Positions 13,476-25,135 of a DNA stretch of 64,000 nucleotides are shown piece after piece (the first letter of the stretch is position 1; the number at the start of each line of letters is the position of its first letter). A program made the position numbers and the translations under genes. This DNA comes from Octopus sinensis. Lineage: Eukaryota. Below the pieces are notes generated by a model. It worked only from the letters and a program-made list of their open reading frames with translations, did no database searches and was not told the DNA's origin. The stretch lies in NCBI RefSeq assembly GCF_006345805.1, contig NC_043009.1:20646001-20710000 (forward strand), written 5' to 3'.

Positions 13476-13708
13476 AAACAACACGAGTGACAAAAAAAAT
13501 GAGACTAAAATTTCAGTTGTTGAAATGTGTGTGTGTGTGTGTACATGCATGCGCATGAGTGTACGCACACAACTCACACACAAATGTATGTTTGTATGTA
13601 TGTCATTATTTGGTTTTATTTCAAGATTTCTTACCAATAGAGAAAGAGCTGGTTTCTAACTTAGATCCATGTATAAATGAATGGATAGATAGATAAATAA
13701 ACAGGTAG

Positions 13709-13748
<40 letters not shown>

Positions 13749-13945
13749 ATGTAGATAGGTAGATAGAGAGATAGATAGATAGGATAAATATATCATAATG
13801 TAAAAGATGTAAAACATATTAAAACATATTTTTGTAGTTCATATGTTATCTGATATAGAACTCAATATTCTAGGTTGAATGAATAGATACATTTATTATA
13901 CCAAGCTGACTGTCTATAGATAGACTGTCAACAGTCTATATATAT

Positions 13946-13976
<31 letters not shown>

Positions 13977-13977
13977 T

Positions 13978-14203
13978 GTTTCTTTATTAGCCACACAGGG
14001 CTGCACACAGACGGGACAGATTATAAAGTAGAGCTATTCTTTTTTTTGGAGAAAAAAAAAAGAGTGGGGTAGGTTTTCGATCAAAAGGGATCGTAAGAGG
14101 GAAAGAAGAAAAAAAAGAAAAAAGGAAAAGAAACAAAAGAAAAAGGAAAAAAGGATAAAAAAAGGAAAGGAAAAAGGGGAAAAAGAAAAAAAAACGATCA
14201 ATA
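13978..14203 (-). mobile_element. 3' end of a Tx1/L1-clade LINE (distal part, split off by the CR1 insertion)
   Basis: The minus strand ends ...gtgtgcagccctgtgtggctaataaagaaa + (TATC)n tail. It rejoins 16463+ across the ATCAATA duplication. Confidence 0.75.
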
Positions 14204-16437
14204 AAAAACGCAAACTGGAAACAAATTGAGAAAGAGATCCTCAAACAAAACTGGCCTAAATGTCTCTCCTCGCCAGACATCGACGTGAAACTTCAACAAT
14301 TCATGTCTGTAATGCAAGCCATATGCTACAAATGTGTCCCAGAGAGAAAGGCCACTGTACACAAGAACAAAATCCCCAGAGAGAGGAAAATTTTAATGAG
14401 ACGGCGTACAAAATTTTCAAATCGCCTAAACAAACAGATTGAAAGCAGTGAAAAGTCCCGCCTAAAATAAAACTGTTGGAAATCGAAAAATGTCTGCAAT
14501 TCTCCCATGAAAAGGAAAGAGCAGACAAAGAAGCCTGGGCTATAGACAACATAAAATCTAACCCCAGAGCTTTCTACAGGTATGCCAAAGAAACAGCTAC
14601 GGTGCACTGTAGAATAGGGCCACTCCTCGAAAAGGATGGCACACTTACAGGAAAACCAATGAGGGTAAGTGAAATACTGAATGAGCAATTCAAGAGTGTT
14701 TTCACTCCACCCCTTGGGCATCTCCAAATCACCAATCCAACTGACTTTTTTACCACTGCAGATATAAAATCAGAGGCGGCGACGATAGATTACATCGATA
14801 TAAAGGAAGACGATGTAATCAAGGCTATAGATGAAATGAAAACAGACTCAGCTACTGGCCCCGATGGATTCCCGGCAATCCTCCTAAAAGCATGTAAGAG
14901 AGTCCTAGCAAGACCACTGCAGTTCCTCTTTCAGAGGTTCCTTGCAGCTGGCAAACTCCCAAGAAAACTGAAGGAAGGCAAAATATGCCCCATTCATAAA
15001 GGAGGTAGCAGAGCGGAAGCCAAGAACTATAGACCTATCTCTCTGACCTCACACATCAGCAAGGTCATGGAACGAATAGTCAGAAGGAAGCTGATCACCT
15101 TCCTTGAAGAGAATGACTTGCTGCCCGACACCCAACATGGTTTCCGACCAGGGAGAAGCTGTTTAACTCAGCTCCTACAACACTATGACTGGGTGCTGAA
15201 ACGGCTGCTCAACCACTCAAATGTGGAAGTGATATATCTCGACTTTGCAAAGGCCTTTGATAAAGTCGATCATGGAATGATATGTCACAAACTGTGTGAT
15301 CTCAACATAGTTGGAAAACTGGGAGAATGGCTTCATGACTTTCTGAAAGATAGAAGTCAGGTGGTAGTGGTAAATGGGGCCACTTCCATTAACACTACTG
15401 TTCATAATGGCCCTCTCAGACATGCCCTCAGCCACGCAGAGAGCCACGATCACAAGTTATGCAGATGATACAAAAGTTTCACAGGCAATACAGAACCCTG
15501 AGGACACTAAACACCTGCAATGTGAGCTAGACAAAATATACAAGTGGGCTGAAAAGAATAGCATGCAGTTCAATGCTGAAAAGTTTCAAGCTCTATACTA
15601 TCAGCATGCAAAACTAAATGCAATACCCAATGAATACACTGGACCCGGAGGAATAGCAATCCTAGAGGCACAATCAGTGCGTGACCTAGGTATTTACATG
15701 AGTGATGACGCGACCTTTTGTGTACATGTTGCTAAATTGGCAATGAAATGTAGACGACTGGCCGGATGGATCCTCAGAACCTTTAGAACAAGAGAACAAG
15801 AAACCATGATGGTCCTCTGGAGGACACTTGTCCTAAGCCACTTCGACTACTGCTCTCAGTTATGGTCACCATCCAGTGTCAAGTTGATCACAGAGCTCGA
15901 GGCGATCCAACGTAGCTACACGAAGAAGATAGCCTCTATGCAGAATGTAAGCTACTGGGAAAGACTCAAGAGATTAAAACTATATTCCCTGGAGCGTAGG
16001 CAGGAAAGATATGCCATAATATACATCTGGAAGATCCAGGAGGGAAGTGTCCTGAACTTTGGCATCGAGAGTTACGCAAATGCCAGAACTGGGCACCACT
16101 GCGTGGTGCCTAGGACTCCAAACTTGCCATCAAGATGTAGGACAAGATTCTGTGATAGCCTGGGCTTCCGAGGCCCACAGCTCTTCAATATCCTCCCGAA
16201 GAACCTGAGAGACCTGCATGGGGTGGATGCAGATGTCTTTAAAATGAAGCTGGATCTCTTCCTTTCAGGTGTCCCAGATAAACCAACTTCACGGCAGGAG
16301 GGGCAGATGAGGGCAGCTGCATCGAACTCTCTCATGCACCAAATAGCAGTTGCTAGAAAGCCTTCATGAAGTGAAACCAAGTAGCAACACCAAATGGCGG
16401 TGCCCCAGCATGGCCACAGCTCATAAGCTGAAACTAG

Positions 16438-16462
<25 letters not shown>
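14204..16462 (+). mobile_element. 5'-truncated CR1-clade LINE (RT ORF2 with internal deletion), nested in the Tx1 3' UTR
   Basis: ORFs 14476-15468 and 15374-16369 carry the RT motifs KNYRPISLTSHISKVMER, QHGFRPGRSC, YLDFAKAFDKVDH and YADDTK. The SGVPQGTVLG segment is deleted near 15393. (AATC)7 tail; 7-bp TSD ATCAATA at 14197-14203 and 16463-16469. Confidence 0.95.
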
Positions 16463-16469
<7 letters not shown>

Positions 16470-17458
16470 GGGATCGTGTATCACAGTGTCATGATGTACG
16501 GTGTAAAGGGGAAAGCAGATAAGGGTTATCCGTGGGAAGAAAAGCCTACGGTAACCTTGGTCAATATTGTTACATGTTACCACATTTGTTTGCAAGTGGG
16601 TAACCCTCTGTTTTCAATTTCTGGGTTCTTAGGATTATGCTCAAGGTGGCTTCGTCATTCATATGTGCCATCCTTGCTACATTCACCTATCTTATTTTAA
16701 AACATTCGCTAGACAAAACTTGCCTCTCTACACTCACTTTCCTTTTCAATTGATACTTGAAGAAGTTGATGAGAGATTGACCAGAGAGGAAAGTGTTTGT
16801 CTCCAATCCTTTCAGACGTGTCCACCAGATACATTCTTTCGCCATAGCCACAAGGATGATGAAAATGGCTCTTCCGTCCCGTTTGAAGGAAGGAGGCGTG
16901 ACAATATTGACGATAGACTCAGCTGATAATCCGACTCGTCCCACACGTGACAGCAGTTGTTCGACATAAGCCCACAGGTCAGAAATTGTTGGACACTGCA
17001 CAAGTGCGTGCAGAACGGTTTCGTCGCTCTGACCGCATCTCGGGCAGGTCGGCCCCGTGTTTCTCGAGCCGTGTCTGTAGAGCTTATCCCGAACGGGTAG
17101 CGCTTCTCGGTAGCACTGCCAGGCCAGGGATCTCTGGAAGTTGTCCATGGGCCCTGGCCCAAAAGTCGTCCCAAACAGGCGGGTCAGGTATTCCTCGTCA
17201 ACGTCCAGGTTCGCCCCGAGCTCGTCGTCATACCTCCCCTCCACTAATCCCCTATAGAATGCTTGGGTTGTGATGGAGTCACTCAAGGTCGACCCGGGAC
17301 GGCAGAGTTGCTTGAGAGCAACGCGACACTCACGGTGCCATTTGCCCTTCCTCGGCCTCTTTTTGATCCACAACTACAGTTCGATCATGGAGACGAGCTG
17401 CGGGAAAGCGTGCCTCACAAACGGCGACCACACCTGTTCACCGTCGTCTACGAAGAGC
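16463..17458 (-). mobile_element. Tx1/L1-clade LINE, C-terminal ORF2 (zf-RVT) and proximal 3' UTR
   Basis: ORF 16687-17373 contains LAWQCYREALPVRDKLYRHG...CPRCGQSDETVLHALVQC (zf-RVT). High CpG content. Probable TSD CTGTCAA at 13925-13931 and 17459-17465. Confidence 0.9.
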
Positions 17459-17665
17459 CTGTCAATTCATGAATTGACACCTGTACATCTTTGTTACTTA
17501 CACTAACATAGCTAGAGTGTGTGCCACCTGGGGCAGCCCTTCCATTTACCGCCCCCAGACCCCACAAAAAACACATATTGCCTACAGCAGACCCAAACGT
17601 GGTGTTCCTTTAGAAGTACGGACCATCCCTACTGCACCCAGCTACGCTAGTGGTTACTCATTTAT

Positions 17666-18472
17666 ATTCTATTCACCTAACTTGGAATCTGCACTTTGGA
17701 AATACTATAAAAAGAATCTTTACAAAAAGTACATGTCTGAATTACCAAGAGCAGATATCTTCACTCAGCTGGGTTGCATTGCCTGCACACATGGCAGGAA
17801 TATCAGGTACAAATAACCCTCCACAGAGTCTTGGGTGTGCAGATTACACCAACCTAGCAAGGTGCCTCAATTTAAGTATCTAATTCAACTGAATCTTAAA
17901 TATATATATATAGGGGTCCCAGAATTAACTCCCTATCTCAATGAATCAGGGTAATTTTTAAATTCTGACTGAATTTTATGTTTATTACTTAATTATGATA
18001 CAAAAAAAAAAAAGATGCATAAATCTTATGTCGAAATTTTATTGAAAATTTTCAGCACATCCGCCGTCTGTATCCCAGCAAATTTCAGATCTCCCCTTTA
18101 GCATAGCAAAACATATTTTGAAGTGTTTCAGGAGTATTCTCCTGCACTACTGAGTGTGTTCTTTTAAGTTCAGCTAAACTATTGCTCCATTCTGGGGATG
18201 GAGGTAGCAAAAATGATCGCAGCCAAATTGAAAAAAAAGCTGTCATGGACAAATAAGTGAGATCCAACACAAATGAAAATAAAATTGTTTTTAAAAATAT
18301 ATAAAAATTATAAAATTATAAACAAGATTTAAAATTCTATTCACCTAACTTGGAATCTGCACTTTGGAAATACTATAGAAAGAATCTTTATAATAAGTAC
18401 ATGTCTGAATTACCAGGAGCAGATATCTTCACTCAGCTGGGTTGCATTGCCTGCACACACGGCAGGAATATC
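17666..18472. repeat. Pair of 139-bp direct repeats (17666-17804, 18334-18472)
   Basis: attctattcacctaacttggaatctgcac...ggcaggaatatc is present twice with 5 mismatches counted by eye. Confidence 0.9.
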
Positions 18473-18639
18473 GTACACTTTTAACATATTAAACATGATA
18501 AACATAAATAAAAGTGAGTTTTAAAAAATATCCAATTTCACTGAAATAGTTAATTTAAGGACATCCTATATATACACCTTACACACCTGCTTGTCATTTA
18601 CTCACCTGTCTTTGCTGTGTTTTGGACACTTGAACAAGG

Positions 18640-19630
18640 GTTGGTAAACTGAAGGGCTGCACTAGTCTCCAGTCTGATTTGGCATGGTTTCTATGGCTTG
18701 ATGCCCTTCCTAACACCAACCAATCTGAGAGTATGGTGGGTGATTTTACGTGTCACTGGCATGGCTGCTAGTTGTGTGACACCACTATCTGCCACAATTG
18801 TGACTTTATTTGGCTTGATGGGTCTTCTATTCAAGCACAGCATATTGCCAAAGGCCTCGATCATTTGTTATTGCTTGCATGAGGCCCAATGTTTGAAAGG
18901 TGCTTTTTATGTGCCACCAGCACAAATGCTGGTTACACAACACCGAAATTGGCAACATTGCCTCTGTAAGGCTCAATGCTCGAAAGGTACATTTTGTGTG
19001 CCTCCAACATGGGTGCCAGTTACATGATACAGGCATCGGTCATGACAATGATTCCACTTGGCTTGACGGGTTTTCTCAAGCACAGCATATTGTCAAAGGT
19101 CTCGGTCACTAGTCATTACTTCCATGAGACCCAATGTTTGAAGATCATGCTTCACCATCTCATCCCATGTCTTCCTCTTCCACAGATTCCCTACACAGTT
19201 AGAGATCAGCACTTCTCTACGCAGCTGTTCTCATCCATACACATCACATGATGTTGTCTCATCAGTCTCTCTTGCACACTACATCTGATGCCTATTATGC
19301 CCAACTTTGCTTTCAATATGCTTACATTCTGTCAAACATTCACACTGACATTGCACATCCTGCAAAGCATGTTAGCTTCATTCCCTACAACCCTACGCAT
19401 GTCCTTGGCAGTCACAGCCCATGTTTCACAGCCATGTAGCATAGCTGTTTGCACCATCGTACAGTCTGCCTTTCACTCTGAGGGAGAGTTCTTTTGTTGC
19501 CAGCAGAGGTAGGAGCTCTCTGAACTTTGCCCAACCAATTCTTATTCTTGCAGCTACACTCTCGGAACATCCATCTCCACTACTGACTTGGTCACCTAAA
19601 TAACAGAATCTATCAACTACTTCTAGTCAA
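18640..19630 (-). mobile_element. RTE-tail SINE joined to an RTE LINE 3' fragment
   Basis: SINE motif ctccagtctgatttggcatggtttctatggcttgatgcccttcc. The minus strand of 19130-19630 gives HVMCMDENSCVEKC..GICGRGR, the RTE C-terminus. Confidence 0.7.
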
Positions 19631-20259
19631 TCAAAATACTTACAGGATTGGCCCAGGGCTATAGTGGTGGATACTTGCTCAAGGTGCCATGCAGTGGCAC
19701 TGAGCCCAAAATTATCACACAGCCAGGCATGCACCTATATGTGCCATCATTTCCAATATTTCATGGAACTGTATCTGGACATTAGAAATGTTACCTCACT
19801 TGGTAAAATAGGTGAGAGCTAACAACAGGAAAAGCATTTGATGATAAAAAATCTGCCTCCATAACCTCCATTCAATCCATGTAAAATGATGATGATGATG
19901 ATGATGTCTGTTCCTGCTTTGTTCTGAGGACTCTCCAGATAATTATTGCTATACAGTGGTAAATAAACATTCTGTACCCAGAATCAGATTAAGGTCTCGC
20001 TTTATAATGTTTGCTCTCAAATTCTTCGTTACAATTCCATGGGTCCCAATGATAACAGACAGGATCATAACCATGTTAACATCTTGGTTCAAGCATTTGA
20101 GGATTTCATTATTCATGTTGATATAATACCTTGCTCTTTATACATTTTTTTTCTTTTTGCTTCACTTTGCTACCAAATGGATATGTCCCATCGATTTCAT
20201 ATTTATAAATGACTGCAATATCCAACATCTTGTGTTCTTTTCTGCTTTCTGTTTGTATA

Positions 20260-20722
20260 GAAAACAAAATGGCCACAGCTCTTGACTACAGACAAAACCA
20301 AATCTCTTACAGAGTTTCCAGTGAATTGTTGTTGCAACCTGATCATGTCTACACTTTTTGGATTCATGCCAAGCTGTGGACATTCTGATAATGTTTGTTA
20401 TAGTTTCATCTCAGTCTTCACTTATTTTACACATGGTTGAGTCATCCTGTTGATTCGCCATCATATATTGATCCATTTTATCTCGTTAGACTCTGTTCCC
20501 AAATTATTATTGTTGTTATTGTTGCTACTGCTGTTCTTATGACAGTTTCTTTATTTCACTTTTCAAAACTCTTGATTTCACTTGCTCTGGCTAATTCTGT
20601 AAGAGCAGACAACAACCTGTTATCAAGGGACCCTCACAGGGTCTCTTTCCAAAATACTTAACATCCAAGTACCAATCTCAAAATCTTTGCTGCCACCCCA
20701 ATAAAGCAGTTTTCTGAGCATG
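20260..20722 (-). mobile_element. R4/Dong-like fragments (RHD..IHW region; C-terminus and 3' UTR)
   Basis: KKCRHDQVATTIHWKLCKRFG (20270-20380) and QKTALLG.AAKILRLVLGC* (about 20655-20715), followed by an (AAC/AAT)n tail. Confidence 0.7.
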
Positions 20723-20744
20723 TTGTTATTGTTATTATTATTGT

Positions 20745-20805
<61 letters not shown>

Positions 20806-21194
20806 GCTTGTTTTTATCTGTCTTTCCCGTGTGTTACGCATACTTCATCAAATTACAACTCAAATGGAGAAATATACATCCAAAGAGAGGGGAAAGGGAG
20901 GAAATGAAATACCTGGGGTGATACAGTTCTTGAATTCCTAGTCTTATGTTCCATTATCAACATATTCATAAAGAATTCAAAGTTTAATATAAATGTATCA
21001 GTTATAATATAAACTCTCAGTGCAAATCAACTTAAACAGGTTTTTGTTGAGTCTATTCCCCTTTCACAACACACCCTTCTTCTGCCACACCCAGACAATC
21101 CACCCATAAATAGCAAGAGAGCATTTCATACTGACAGGGTAACCAAAAGTGGAAAACGTGTACATTGGTTGGTGAGGTACACACATACATTTTC

Positions 21195-22530
21195 TGTGAC
21201 CTTTTCTGGAGTGTAACTATGCTATCTTTTTTCTGTTGTTATTCCATAGTATTGGCATAGCTTCCAGTGTATATAGGTCCCAACTCTGTCATGTCTGTGA
21301 ACATATTCCTTCTTAGCCAGGACTGGGCAGCCAAAGACAATATGGTTTATTGTTTCTTCTCCAACTCTACATATTCCACAGTTACTTGTATTTCTTTTCC
21401 TTGCATGTTTTTGGTAATTTCTGGTGGGAAGGCTTTGATCTTGTGCTGCAATTAAAAATCCTTCAGTCTCTGCTTTGAGTCCTGAGCTTATCAGCCATTG
21501 TTGGGATTTTGTTTTGTCTATTTCTTTTCTGTTTTGTTTATCTCAGTATTTGCAATGAAGGAGCTTTTCTTGCCATCGTTTTATCATGGTCCATTGCTGT
21601 TCCAGTTTTAGTTTGGATTTCAGTTGTTTTACTGCTTTTGTTGTTTCTTCTTTTTCTTCATAGTTGTTAGGTAGTATGACTTCTTTTGTATTTGTCAGCT
21701 TCCTTAAAGACTGAAAACAGTTTTTTTGTTTTGTTCATATTTTGTGGCTACTTGTATAAATTTTCCTTACTTCTGTAGTAGGTATTTCTGTAGTCCTATT
21801 GGGTTATTTTGTAATAGTTTTCTAGTTGTATACAGCCTCTACCACCTTCTATACAGTGTATATATAGCCTTTCTATGTCAGATTTTGGGTGGTGCATCCT
21901 AGATCCTGTCATTATTTTTCTTGTTTTCCTGTCTATTTTGGTTAGTTCATTTAGTGTCCAGTTAAAGATATTGTAGCTATAACTTATAACTGTAATGGCT
22001 AGAGTGTTGATACCAATTATCTTGTTTTCTGCATTGAGCTCTGTTTTTCACTATTAATCTAACTCATCTATAGTATTCTTTTATCTTCTCTTTCATTTGT
22101 GTATGTTGTATCATATCTAGTTCATTGATTCCTTAGTATTTGTATGTCTGGTTATGGTTTAATTCTCTTATTTCATTTGCTTTATCTAGTGTAATGTTGC
22201 TACTTTTAACTAGTTTTCCTCTTTTCAAGGTTGCTTTGGCACGTTTTTCTAATCCAAATTTTATATCAATTTCTTTGGTAAATCCATGTACTGTCTGTAG
22301 TAGTGTTTCCAGCAGTTTTAGATCATCCATATGTAAGAGGTGGCTGATTGTTTTGCCATAACAGTTGTATCCACATCCAGTTCTGTTTAGCATGTCAGAT
22401 AAAGGTGTCAGTGCCAAGCAGAAAAGGAGTGGAGAGAGCTTGTCTCCCTGGAATATTCCTCTTCTAATGGGGATGGCACTGGTTTTTATGAGTTCCTCTT
22501 TTCTCTGGAGCTGTAGCACTGTCTGCCATT
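21195..22530 (-). mobile_element. R4/Dong-like LINE relic (RT to CCHC region)
   Basis: IRRGIFQGDKLSPLLFCLALTPLS...ISHLLHMDDLKL...FGLEK...YKY, then KAETEGFLIAAQDQSLPTRNY and ETINHIVFGCPVLAKKEYVHRHDRV. Frameshifted. Confidence 0.9.
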
Positions 22531-22616
22531 TATAGAAACTTCTTCACCAGAATGGTAACAAGAAGCATTGTGATGACACCAAACCCGTCAATAGAAAACA
22601 TTTAACATTACATCTA

Positions 22617-22629
22617 GTAACCTAGCAAC
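22617..22629. promoter_or_regulatory. RFX X-box-like motif
   Basis: GTAACCTAGCAAC fits GTNRCC-N(0-3)-RGYAAC. A half-site ATGGTAAC lies about 60 bp upstream. Confidence 0.3.
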
Positions 22630-22969
22630 CAGGTGATGGAAGCACTTGTCTAATTCTTCTAATTAGGAACATTATCATTTAATTATTACAGACATTTTTG
22701 GTGTAATGAATGCTTATATTATCAATGTTCATATGAACAACTCACATTTTGAAACACTAGCTTACTGACTTGTTTGTTTTAAACTATAGTGAACCAGGAG
22801 ACAAACTGTACACGTGTATGTGTGTGCGTGGGGGAGGATGTGACTGCACCAGGAGACAGTTCCCATGTGTGTGTAAGTGTTGAAAGGGAAGAGGACTCAG
22901 AGACAGCTATTTGTTAAATATTTCAAGCCATAAATATATCCATTCATTAACTCTAGCCATTTAAGACAG

Positions 22970-23420
22970 AAAACTGGCAGAATTGTTGTCTGGACAAAAT
23001 GTTTTGTGGCATTTCATCTATCTTTATGTTCTGAGTTCAAATTTCCCTGAAGTCAACTTTGGCTTTCAACCTTCAGGGATCAATGAAATAAATACCAGTC
23101 AAGTACTGGGGTTGAGTAGCCCCTCCCAGCAAAACTTCAGTCTTTGTGCCTAAAGTAAAAAGGATTAACTCTATCTAAAGATGTATGTGTGAGGAAGATA
23201 GCACGAGGAAGAGCCCAGTACCTCTGTGAAGCAAAAAAATGTAATTGCAACCATCAAGGTAAAACACCAGGGATCAACTGGTTCGTTATTTTATCAACCC
23301 TGAAACGATGTAAAGCAATGTCAGCCTCAGCAGAATTTGAACTCAGAATGTAAGGATGGACAAAATATCGCTAAGCACTTTGTCCAGCAATCTAATGATC
23401 CTGCCAGCTTGCTATCTTAC
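22970..23420. mobile_element. Two tRNA-derived SINE copies (opposite orientations)
   Basis: gttctgagttcaaatt..c.gaagtcaactttgg.tttc..ccttc (B-box-like) on + and its reverse complement near 23270-23410. Confidence 0.65.
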
Positions 23421-23524
23421 CAATGTCAGACATATTAATAATATGCCCCCCCTACACACACACACACACAAATATAAACAAACACATGAACACATGGGTG
23501 TATATGCAAACATAGAAACCCATT

Positions 23525-24090
23525 AATGAGGTGACATCAAAAAGTTCCCAGACTAGTTCTGTAGCACACCAACAGATGGCAGCACATGGTTGCATGTGCA
23601 CAGTGAGAGCTAGTAGTGACCTTCATGAGGCAGTGAAACCTAGCAGTGACCTCCATGTGCACAGTGAGAGCTAGTAGTGACCTTTATGAGGCAGTGAGAG
23701 CTAGCAGTGACATTGCTGTGTTTACTTCGCAAGTTGTGAATTTTGTTTTTGTGATCACATGTCTGCTATAGTTTGCAATTTTTGTCATGGACAGGAAGTT
23801 GGAACAAAGTGCCAGGGTGAAATTTTGTGTTAAACTTGTGAAGTCTGCTACAGCGACATCAAGCATGTTTATGGTGACGAGGTAATGGGACGTACACAAT
23901 GTTTTGAGTGGCACAGGTGGTTAAAAAAAACCCAGAAATTCCTCAGATTGTGCATGAGGATCGATGAACAATCAGCAATGTTTTGAAGTGTTTGAGGGAG
24001 GACGTTTGGTGAAAGCAACTGGCTCTGAAAAGCATGAAGAATTGGATTCTTCACAACAATGCACCCTGTCACTTGAGCTCTCTTCACTAA
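23525..24090 (+). mobile_element. Internally deleted mariner element
   Basis: MDRKLEQSARVKFCVKLVKSAT...YGDEVMGRTQCFEWHRW (N-terminal HTH) and WILHNNAPCH. Internal ~58-bp tandem duplication at about 23593-23710. Confidence 0.75.
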
Positions 24091-24109
24091 TACCATTCGC
24101 CTAAAACAT

Positions 24110-24333
24110 TAATCTCTAAAGTGGTTAATATCGATCCCTAAGGGTCAATGGGACTATTCAAGGGGTTAATAAATGCCTGGGGATCAATAAAATTAAAGCT
24201 CATCCTCTCAATTTGTGACTGCATGCAATGTTATGTGAAAAAAATGAAACTTTGAACCAATTACTTTTGCACACCGAGGTAAGGTGGTTGTCAAGAGGTA
24301 ATAGCTTGCACTTTGTCAGCTAGCACTTACAAA

Positions 24334-24408
<75 letters not shown>

Positions 24409-24485
24409 AAATTAGAGGATTGACCACTAAATTTTGTATGTAAAAAATTTTAATCTTCAGATTTCTTTAAATATGCTAGGCCACT
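24110..24485 (+). mobile_element. hAT-family transposon relic
   Basis: LCEKNETLNQLLLHTEVRWLSRGNS matches the hAT (SCAND3/Buster-like) LLxHTEVRWLSRG motif. Confidence 0.7.
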
Positions 24486-24626
24486 GGTTTTAATTGATTA
24501 ATATCAATTTCTACCCTTATTTAAGTTTAAATATATATATATAGATATATGTATATATATTATAAAAAACTTACTTGGAGAACAGAAAGGAAACGAAATG
24601 AAACGACGCGAGGGCGCTCAGTCATG

Positions 24627-24784
24627 CAATAATTTAATAAATAAAATATATGCATACATACATATATGTACGTACATACATCTACATGTATATATACATG
24701 CATATATAAATATATATACATGTAGATGTAGGTACGTACATATATGTACGTATGTATGCATATATTTTATTTATTAAATTATTG
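24627..24784. repeat. Near-perfect ~70-bp-arm palindrome (fold-back)
   Basis: caataatttaataaataaaatatatgcatacatac...tacatgtatatata versus its reverse complement; short spacer, one small indel and one mismatch. Confidence 0.85.
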
Positions 24785-24844
24785 TATATATATTATATGT
24801 GTGTGTGTGTGTGTAATGGTATTTTAGGTGGAGTCAGAATATAA

Positions 24845-25135
24845 AGCAGAATGGTATACATATATGTATACCATTCTGCCTAAATAATAGAACTGAAGAT
24901 ACAATATCCCTGCATATCTCACGTCTATTTTCATTCCTCCACTTCACTCTCTATTTCATATCTTATCTAGAATAACTATTGCTTAACCATTTTCTCTCAC
25001 CATCTCTGATGAAGGAATATATCAAATATCCCGGAAACAGCTATAAGACCTTCTCTTTATAAATGTTCTGAAATCTTTCACAGCATTGGATTTTTATCGC
25101 ATTCTGTTAATTTATATGTATGTATGTATATAGTT
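24845..25135 (+). mobile_element. Penelope-like (PLE) pseudo-LTR relic carrying a hammerhead-like motif
   Basis: Contains CTGATGA...GAAACAGCT(A)TA-agac, the arrangement of PLE pLTR ribozymes. The PLE assignment is inference. Confidence 0.55.
25002..25049 (+). ncRNA. Degenerate minimal type I hammerhead ribozyme motif
   Basis: Stem I (a)tct/aga(c); core CTGATGA 25006-25012; stem II ggaatat/atatccc; GAAA 25034-25037; C-AGCT-(A)TA with a palindromic AGCT loop. The 16.2 position is A rather than G, so this copy is probably inactive. Confidence 0.55.

Noticed and set aside
17517-17883. ORFs of 99 and 77 aa overlapping the direct repeat
   Set aside because: No homology and no splice or Kozak support.
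23593-23710. Repeat-spacer-like short direct repeats
   Set aside because: A simple ~58-bp tandem duplication inside a mariner; not a CRISPR array, and the context is eukaryotic.
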